This document shows, piece after piece, positions 1 through 6,282 of a stretch of 32,849 nt of DNA (position 1 is the stretch's first letter; every line of letters begins with the position of its first letter). The notes beneath the pieces were generated by a model, which was given only the letters and a program-made list of their open reading frames with translations, was not told the origin of the DNA and did not search any database. A program made the translations under genes and the position numbers. Origin of the DNA: Candidatus Thorarchaeota archaeon (GTDB lineage Archaea > Asgardarchaeota > Thorarchaeia > Thorarchaeales > Thorarchaeaceae); contig SDNP01000032.1 of assembly GCA_004524445.1 (NCBI GenBank), positions 1 to 32,849 of the forward strand. The letters run 5' to 3'.

Positions 1-345
1 TACGTTGCTCCTCAATGGATGTTTGCCGCCATGGATAGCATACGTGAGAACGACGTATCTTTGAATATTGGTGATATTATGAAGCATCTGATGTCCCAGG
101 ATAGATTTCGGAAACATGGAAAAGAAGTCAAATCCATTGTCGATAGGATCGCGAAGGAGAATGGATTGTGGACCTATTCTGAAAATGCTGAGGCCGAAAT
201 GGAAGTATTAGAGGACTCCAGTGACTATATGGAATCTGAGCTGCAGATGGATATCAAAATTCATCCAGCCGATAATCCCAACTATAATCCACAAAACAAG
301 GCACGATTCGCGCTACCTGGAAGAGTTTCTATCTTCTTAGAATAG
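1..345 (+). CDS. leuS: Leucyl-tRNA synthetase, C-terminal fragment (5'-truncated by window edge)
   Basis: Frame is open from base 1 (YVAPQWMF...). It ends YNPQNKARFALPGRVSIFLE, matching the archaeal/eukaryotic LeuRS C-terminal motif (DPxxKAxxAxPxKPAIYxE). Confidence 0.85.
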   Translation, partial: YVAPQWMFAAMDSIRENDVSLNIGDIMKHLMSQDRFRKHGKEVKSIVDRIAKENGLWTYSENAEAEMEVLEDSSDYMESELQMDIKIHPADNPNYNPQNKARFALPGRVSIFLE

Positions 346-349
346 AACC

Positions 350-1246
350 CTAACGCCGAGTCACCGATTGAGCAAGGACCTCCTGAAAGTCCGCTCCCAC
401 GGTCAATAGCTGCTTAGCCTCTTTGACAATAATTTCAAATCTGAATATCAAGCCAAGATGCGTATTACTCCAGTAGAAGTATTCAGGCAGCTGAACAAAC
501 TTGAACCGCCACTCTTTGCACAAGCTGTCAAAAATTTCACGAATCTCTTGAATAGAATGATCACGATGCACATGTATATCAAATGTATAGCGAAAAATCT
601 CGTCTCCCTTCGTCAAATACCTCAGTTTCTCGACCGCCATGGATACTCTACTCTCATAGTCTTGTTCCTCGATCCATTCTCGCCCGCGATTTGCCATGTA
701 GTCATCAATGCGAATCCTGAAGTTTGTGACCTCCGATTCTAACACTTTGGTGTTGGGGACGTACTGCCTGTTATAGTCGGGTAACAATAGCCTTGTGTAA
801 TTCAGAGTGACTTCAAGCACAATCCCCTCCAGCGTTCCAATCCTAACATAATCGCCTACACGAAAAGGTCGAGCGGCGAGAACATAGATACCGCTGACGA
901 GATTACTGAGCGACTTGGAGAATGCTAGACCAACCGCAGTTCCGATAAGAGCGCTCAATGCAATCAGTTCTTGACCAAAAGCCAGATTTGTCACAGCAAG
1001 GACGGCAACAAAGGCAATCCCAAAGAAAATGAGCCTAATCAGGAAAATAAGACCCGCTCCAGCCTCTCGGGGCATTCCCACCTTTCTGAATGAAATTTTG
1101 GTCGCTCTAACGGTGGCCAGGTATATGATGTAGATGAGAATCAAGAATGGGAGGATAGCTATGAATTCCGCTGACCCCCCTAATCCAATCGGGGTTAGAA
1201 GACTCCTTATAATTCCAACGAAGCTTTCCCATGGTCCTTGTTGCAT
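350..1246 (-). CDS. MscS-family small-conductance mechanosensitive channel (paralog 1)
   Basis: Three N-terminal hydrophobic helices, then GTAVGLAFSKSLSNLVSG and RPFRVGDYVRIGTLEGIVLEVTLNYT...VPN (MscS beta-domain signature). Confidence 0.88.
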   Translation of the reverse strand: MQQGPWESFVGIIRSLLTPIGLGGSAEFIAILPFLILIYIIYLATVRATKISFRKVGMPREAGAGLIFLIRLIFFGIAFVAVLAVTNLAFGQELIALSALIGTAVGLAFSKSLSNLVSGIYVLAARPFRVGDYVRIGTLEGIVLEVTLNYTRLLLPDYNRQYVPNTKVLESEVTNFRIRIDDYMANRGREWIEEQDYESRVSMAVEKLRYLTKGDEIFRYTFDIHVHRDHSIQEIREIFDSLCKEWRFKFVQLPEYFYWSNTHLGLIFRFEIIVKEAKQLLTVGADFQEVLAQSVTRR

Positions 1247-1361
1247 CTTAGTTCTCTCCCAAACGCTATAGCAAAAGAATCACCCTATGTTAAAGCCTTC
1301 TCTCGTTCCGATATCCCTTATTCTGGCTCTCAACACAAAGCCGCTGGTCGACTATTTCTCT

Positions 1362-2249
1362 TTAACCATGAACTACTCTAACGAGTGCTTCTTGAAAGTC
1401 TGCCCCCTCATGCAGGAGTTTTAGGGGGTCTTCGACTATAATTGCGAATCCGAAGGCGACACCATTGTAGTCATTAGCACTATAATACATCTCTGGACTT
1501 GTCAGAAACTCCTTATCCCACTTCTGTACGACTTCTTCCAGTTTCGGTCTAACTGTACTGACCTCATATTGCCTGTGAACCATGACTTCGAATGTATATC
1601 TATAGACTTCTTCGCCTGTTGTGAGTGTCTTGAACGTCTTCATGGCTGTTCCAAGGTAGCCCTCTCGTTTCTCATCTTTTTCCTGTGTTAGATAATCTTC
1701 AGCTCTCACCCGGAAGTTGGTCAGCTTCGATTCTACAATGTCCGAGTTGGGAATCAATTCTGTTGTGAAGTCGGGTTTTGTTAGTCGCGTATAATTGAGG
1801 GTTATGTCACGTACGATTCCCTCCATAGAGCCCAGGCGAATGTAATCTCCCACCCGAAATGGCCTTGAAGCGAAGACGTAGAGCCCACTGACAATATTGC
1901 TCAATGAACGGGAAAACGCAAGGCCCACAGCAGTACCAGTCAATGCTCCAAACGCGATGACTCCTTCACCTGCCACGAGATTGGTGACTGCTAGTCCTGC
2001 AACTACCGCAATAGCGAAGAAAATCAATCTTACGATTAAGATGACTCCTGTCATAGCTTCTTTGGGAAGACCAGCTCTCCGGAATGAGATTCTGATTGAT
2101 CGCGCAACAACTAGATAGGCAATATAGAGAATGATGAGGAATGGAACTATTGCAATATACTGTGCGTACGGATCAAGCCCCAATGGCTGGAGTAACATTG
2201 CCAAGAAGTTTACAAAATCCTGATATGGATTGAAACCCTGCATCATCAT
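1362..2249 (-). CDS. MscS-family mechanosensitive channel (paralog 2); start at 2249/2246/2243 ATG or 2267 TTG
   Basis: GTAVGLAFSRSLSNIVSG...RPFRVGDYIRLGSMEGIVRDITLNYT...IPN. Colinear with paralog 1 over its whole length. Confidence 0.88.
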   Translation of the reverse strand: MMMQGFNPYQDFVNFLAMLLQPLGLDPYAQYIAIVPFLIILYIAYLVVARSIRISFRRAGLPKEAMTGVILIVRLIFFAIAVVAGLAVTNLVAGEGVIAFGALTGTAVGLAFSRSLSNIVSGLYVFASRPFRVGDYIRLGSMEGIVRDITLNYTRLTKPDFTTELIPNSDIVESKLTNFRVRAEDYLTQEKDEKREGYLGTAMKTFKTLTTGEEVYRYTFEVMVHRQYEVSTVRPKLEEVVQKWDKEFLTSPEMYYSANDYNGVAFGFAIIVEDPLKLLHEGADFQEALVRVVHG

Positions 2250-2322
2250 GGTTACACTCTGTTTCAAGAATCTATTAACAATAATTAAGGGTTATGATAG
2301 CCGGGTTGGGGAAAACAGCCGT

Positions 2323-2754
2323 TTAGAGGTAGTAGAAGACGTAGAAAGCTACGCCGCCCCCGAATGAATAGAGCCACAGAGCCAAGGCTGCATACATCAA
2401 TCGTCTTGAACCACACAGTAACGGGTCATTATTCCTCATCTTGAACAGGAATCTACCTGCAAATAACAAACCTAGCCCAACAGTCACACTTCCGACGATG
2501 CTATGAACAATCGTAATAGATTGCCCAATGTCTCCGGTATATGGGATGAGCGCATCGATATTCACGATGAGTGATGGCGCCATAATAGTCAATACTGTGA
2601 CCAAGTTGATTATGGTTGCAACGCCCATTATGATACCATGTACTCGGTATGGCTTTTTCTTTATCCAGCCTAGAACTAACATAATGACCAATGCAGCTTG
2701 GATAATCAAATTGATGTCATAGATCAATGCCGCTTGTGGTGAGAATAATCCCAT
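2323..2754 (-). CDS. DUF420-like four-helix membrane protein
   Basis: 143 aa with four hydrophobic segments and His residues in TM2/TM3 (VHGIIM, VHSIVG) plus LWLYSFGGG, as in DUF420-like proteins. Confidence 0.65.
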   Translation of the reverse strand: MGLFSPQAALIYDINLIIQAALVIMLVLGWIKKKPYRVHGIIMGVATIINLVTVLTIMAPSLIVNIDALIPYTGDIGQSITIVHSIVGSVTVGLGLLFAGRFLFKMRNNDPLLCGSRRLMYAALALWLYSFGGGVAFYVFYYL

Positions 2755-2839
2755 TCTAATCAGCTTTAATAGATGCCTATGGTTTCCCTTAAATCCTTCT
2801 CACAACTGATACTGGAGAAGAAATAGTGAAAGGAGATAT

Positions 2840-2906
2840 CCAGCGCCCCGGGCAGGGGTGTCCAACTCGGCTCACAACTTTACGCCGAGTCTTCATCCGC
2901 CGCTGG
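2840..2906 (-). promoter_or_regulatory. Eukaryote-type SECIS element at the 3' end of vhuU
   Basis: Minus strand reads CCAGCGGCGG-AUGAA-GACUCGGC-GUAAAGUUGUGA-GCCGAGUU-GGAC-ACCC-CUGCC-CGGGG-CGCUGG. This gives an AUGA...GA kink-turn core, an 8-bp upper helix, an apical AAA, and lower helices GGCGG/CUGCC and CCAGCG/CGCUGG. It lies about 82 nt downstream of an in-frame UGA. Confidence 0.82.
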
Positions 2907-3045
2907 TCACAATCTCCTTCCTGGCTATCTCGCGACCCTCATCATCCACGATGGTTAGATGAGCGCCGCAGGATAGTCAGCAGTCGTAGCAGCGAACCAC
3001 CATTTCCAGGAGGTTCAGCAGTCCTTCGGGTATGTCGTCTGTCAT
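2893..3045 (-). CDS. vhuU: Selenocysteine-containing [NiFeSe]-hydrogenase small peptide subunit VhuU (50 aa, Sec at codon 23, TGA at 2977-2979); absent from ORF track
   Basis: Manual translation: MTDDIPEGLLNLLEMVVRCYDC-U-LSCGAH-LTIVDDEGREIARKEIVTSGG*. It supplies the C-terminal Ni-binding motif (RxYDPCxxCxxH) that vhuA lacks, and the TGA falls exactly on the Cys/Sec ligand position. Confidence 0.92.
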
Positions 3046-3060
3046 TTTTTTGTTCACTTC

Positions 3061-4374
3061 TCATATCATGGGGTCCGGTAAGTCCAGACTCTCGTGTTCC
3101 TTATTTTCGAAAACTTGCTTGGCTGTCTTTAGGAGGCTTTTCTCAAGCCCCGCGATGTTATTGTTTGTGGCAACTACCATATTCACCTTTGTGATAATGC
3201 CATTGTCATCAGTCCAATAGTGGTGGATGAGTGTTCCTCTCGGTGCCTCCACACAACCGACACCATTGCCTTTTCTGGGTTCTACATCCGTCAGCTTGAC
3301 ATCTGTACTAACGATATCAGGGTCATTAAGGAGACCTTCCATCTCTTCTACAGCTTGAACCATCTCAATGACTCGTGCCCAATGGTACGCAAAGGTCGCG
3401 TGTATCGGGCGTCCTAAGGCGTCACGCATCTCTTCAAGGGCTTCTTGTGCAATGGGTGTAGCCATTTTATCCGCCACATTGATTCTTGCTAAGCTGTTTG
3501 CTCTCCAAACGCCCTCTGGATATCCCTTCTGCTTATAGTACACATGAGTTGCATAGGAATGGTCAGAAACGTATTCTCCGTAGTATTTTCGGTAATGCTT
3601 TGGATTGAAGTCCTCTACTATCTTCCCATCGGGGTCCATCACTCTTAGTTTGCCATCATAAATTTCCAAGTTGCCTTTGTCATGCAGTCCAAGGTAATAT
3701 GTAGGAACCACTGCGAGTTTGGTTATGGGGTCCCAGTAATCCTTCACGACTTTCTTGGCTAAATCAACAGTATCAAGGGTCTGTTGTTTCGTCTTCTCAA
3801 TCCGTTTCAGGAATTCATCTCGCTTTTCCTCTGAAAATGGATTCAGCATTCCTCCTGGTGTTGCAGTCACGGGATGGATTGCTTTCCCGCCAACAGCGGC
3901 ACACAGTTCCTGTCCGAACTTCATTACTTCAAGTGCCATCTTGCCTACATCTGGAAGGCTCTTGATTATATGGACAACATTTCGCTTTTCAGGCTCAGCA
4001 AACGGTCCCGCGAGAAAATCAGGTGCAGCAAGCGCAAAGAAATGCAAGGCATGACTACTGAATTGTTTTGCATTTATGAGTAGTCTTCGCAGTTTGATTG
4101 CAGCTGGTGGGGGCGTTACTTTCCATGCCGCCTCAACAGCCTTCACTGCTGCGAGGTGATGGGGTTCGGGACATATCCCGCAGATTCTTGGTGCTATACG
4201 TGGAGCCTCCTCAGCAAACCGGCCCTCTAAGAACTTCTCAAAGAAACGAGTACTGCTCACATTGAATTGAGCATCCTTGACTTTCCCATCCTTCCCCAAA
4301 ACAACAGTAATTTCACCATGTCCTTCCAAGCGAGTCACTGGTTCAATTCTGATTGTCTTTTCGTCTTTCGTCAT
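3061..4374 (-). CDS. vhuA: F420-non-reducing (group 3c) hydrogenase large subunit, lacking the C-terminal CxxC motif (split type)
   Basis: EPVTRLEGHG, RFFEKFLEGR, PRICGICPEPH (L1 motif), SHALHFFALAAPD and VEAPRGTLIHHY are all present. It ends ...LPDPMI-TGA with no DPCxxC motif. Confidence 0.93.
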   Translation of the reverse strand: MTKDEKTIRIEPVTRLEGHGEITVVLGKDGKVKDAQFNVSSTRFFEKFLEGRFAEEAPRIAPRICGICPEPHHLAAVKAVEAAWKVTPPPAAIKLRRLLINAKQFSSHALHFFALAAPDFLAGPFAEPEKRNVVHIIKSLPDVGKMALEVMKFGQELCAAVGGKAIHPVTATPGGMLNPFSEEKRDEFLKRIEKTKQQTLDTVDLAKKVVKDYWDPITKLAVVPTYYLGLHDKGNLEIYDGKLRVMDPDGKIVEDFNPKHYRKYYGEYVSDHSYATHVYYKQKGYPEGVWRANSLARINVADKMATPIAQEALEEMRDALGRPIHATFAYHWARVIEMVQAVEEMEGLLNDPDIVSTDVKLTDVEPRKGNGVGCVEAPRGTLIHHYWTDDNGIITKVNMVVATNNNIAGLEKSLLKTAKQVFENKEHESLDLPDPMI

Positions 4375-5291
4375 TTCTCTTCCTCTCTTTCTTTTCCCTT
4401 AATCTTCGAAAGGTACGAATCTGCATAATCTGTGAAATAGAATGAACCGATGGGATCTGGGAAGGCTGCCTTCAGCTCCTCCGGCTCCATCTCTGCAATG
4501 GCTCCCAACGCCGAGATTATTTTTGCACCGTGGTCCTTCACAGATGGAGGTGGACCGAAGCATCCTTTGCATGGTGTATTGACCGTTGGACACTGTGCTC
4601 CACACATTCCAATGGTTGCAAATCCTAGACAGAGATATCCTTGGTCCAGTAAACATTTGTCTGGGTCGATGTGACCCTCATGTGCACGATGAAACTTGGT
4701 GATGTGTTTGTCCTTCTTTTCCTTTGGACATTCATCACATACTGTCTTGGTGGGCAGCTCAAATGGTTGCCCCTTGATGAGAGCTGTTAATGCCTCAGCG
4801 GTGTTGTCACTCGTTGGAGGACAGCCGGGAAGCCGTACTTCAAAGGAAACGATGGATGGATTTGGTACAATGTGCTCAACAAATCCGGGCATGTTCTCGG
4901 TAGGAATTCTACCATCCTCGACGGTGTCTGCCTCGAGGAATTTTCGTCTTAGAAGCTCATCTAACGCCCATTGATTCCCAAGACCCTGTACTCCGCCGTA
5001 GACTGAGCAGGAGCCCCATGCTACCAAGACCTTGCTCTTTTTCCGCATGATCTTTAGTAGATGCTCGTCTTCCTTGGTTCTGCAGCTTCCTTCTACCATA
5101 CCAATGTGAATGGAACCATCCGGCATGTCTTCAAGGTCTTTCAACTTGAAGTCCACCACTGCTGGCCAATACACAATCTCTAGTTCAGGTAAGACGTCCA
5201 ATAAGCGAAGATGCAGGTCTACTAGTGCCTGGTCGCATCCCCAGCATGAAGTCAGTTGTGCAAGTGCTATTCTCTTGGTCATTTTAGTCAT
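4371..5291 (-). CDS. vhuG: F420-non-reducing hydrogenase small (FeS) subunit; start at 5291 or 5282
   Basis: SCWGC, VEGS, AWGSCSVYGG, LPGCPP, VCDECP, CLLDQGYLCLG...CGAQCP...PCKGCFGP. Its stop overlaps the vhuA start (ATGA). Confidence 0.92.
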   Translation of the reverse strand: MTKMTKRIALAQLTSCWGCDQALVDLHLRLLDVLPELEIVYWPAVVDFKLKDLEDMPDGSIHIGMVEGSCRTKEDEHLLKIMRKKSKVLVAWGSCSVYGGVQGLGNQWALDELLRRKFLEADTVEDGRIPTENMPGFVEHIVPNPSIVSFEVRLPGCPPTSDNTAEALTALIKGQPFELPTKTVCDECPKEKKDKHITKFHRAHEGHIDPDKCLLDQGYLCLGFATIGMCGAQCPTVNTPCKGCFGPPPSVKDHGAKIISALGAIAEMEPEELKAAFPDPIGSFYFTDYADSYLSKIKGKEREEEK

Positions 5292-5748
5292 CCTTCATTG
5301 CTGGATTGGGTCCTAGCTTTTTGATTCTCTCTACCATTGCCGTCACGCCTTGGGTAAATACATCGCCTTCAGCCGCACTTGCCCACTGTAGATGGACACG
5401 TCTTGGGTCTATACCAGCTTCCTTCAGCATGCTCTGGAGTAAAACGAATCTCCCTCTCATCTTCAGGTTGCCGCTTGTATAGTGACAGTCGCCAGGATGA
5501 CATCCACTGATGAGCACACCGTCTGCCCCCTGATTCAGCGCATCAAGAATGAAAACAGGGTCGATTCGCCCAGTACAATTGATTCTAATAATCCGTGCAT
5601 TTGGGGGCATTTGCATCCGGCTCGTTCCAGCAAGATCTGCTCCCGCATAGCTGCACCAATTACAGCAAAACGCCAAGATTCGGGGCTCAAAGCCTGCTTG
5701 CCGCTCCTTTTCCTTTTTTGTGGCTGTCTTCTGACTCGCTGATGTCAC
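5284..5748 (-). CDS. mvhD: MvhD/VhuD/FlpD-family [2Fe-2S] hydrogenase subunit (all-Cys form); probable GTG start at 5748
   Basis: FCCNWCSYAGADLAG, CTGRIDP, GADGVLISGCHPGDCHY and WASAAEG. A GGAGGT SD-like sequence lies about 10 nt upstream of the GTG at 5748. Confidence 0.93.
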   Translation of the reverse strand: MTSASQKTATKKEKERQAGFEPRILAFCCNWCSYAGADLAGTSRMQMPPNARIIRINCTGRIDPVFILDALNQGADGVLISGCHPGDCHYTSGNLKMRGRFVLLQSMLKEAGIDPRRVHLQWASAAEGDVFTQGVTAMVERIKKLGPNPAMKDD

Positions 5749-6010
5749 GCTGGAAATGACCTCCTGCGGCCTCAACTGCTCGGAATGATTATTGATTATT
5801 AAGATTCTGTTTAGTCGCACTTTTCTTTGGGCAGAAGCAATCAAAATTTTCTATAGAACTATGGTTTTCAAACACATTAAGATATGAGCTCTCGCGATGA
5901 ATTCTATCCGTCTGTACTAATATTTCATTCCTTGAATTTAGTAACAGTTTTTATGTCCCACTCCATCATCTATATGAGTTGTTGAGTCACAGTTGAAATG
6001 GTGATATGAT

Positions 6011-6247
6011 TTGATACTTGCGTTCATAATGGCCAAGCTCGAAAGCGCGAAAGCACGGAACGTACTCGAAGATGTGAGGGAACTCGAAGAAGTGTCAGAA
6101 GCACATCTCATATATGGAGCATACGACCTCATCATCAAAGGGAACTTCAAGACGCCCGAGGCACTGAGTTCCTTCGTTGTTGATACTCTACGGAAAATGG
6201 ATGGTGTGAAGGATACAGTAACAAATGTATGTGCCAGCCAGGAGTAG
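6011..6247 (+). CDS. Stand-alone Lrp/AsnC ligand-binding (RAM) domain protein without HTH
   Basis: 78 aa, AFIMAK...EVSEAHLIYGAYDLIIK...LRKMDGVKDTVT, the typical RAM-domain pattern. Confidence 0.85.
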   Translation: MILAFIMAKLESAKARNVLEDVRELEEVSEAHLIYGAYDLIIKGNFKTPEALSSFVVDTLRKMDGVKDTVTNVCASQE

Positions 6248-6282
6248 AGTACCAGCTGATTCACAGGAATTTTGCTCTTTCA

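Noticed and set aside
2872-2895. Further read-through of the vhuU terminal TGA (U-RLGVKL-TGA)
   Set aside because: This stretch lies inside the SECIS hairpin and gives no protein-like sequence. The UGA is too close to the SECIS to be recoded.
2826-3194. 122-aa plus-strand ORF in the ORF track
   Set aside because: Antisense shadow of the SECIS, vhuU and the vhuA 3' end; no recognisable motifs.
3061-4374. vhuA as a truncated pseudogene
   Set aside because: The missing C-terminal motif is encoded by the adjacent vhuU.
5749-5844. N-terminal extension of MvhD in the ORF track
   Set aside because: AT-rich promoter-like sequence; an SD and GTG at 5748 give a typical protein length. The extensions at 8149-8190 and 10292-10375 are rejected for similar reasons.
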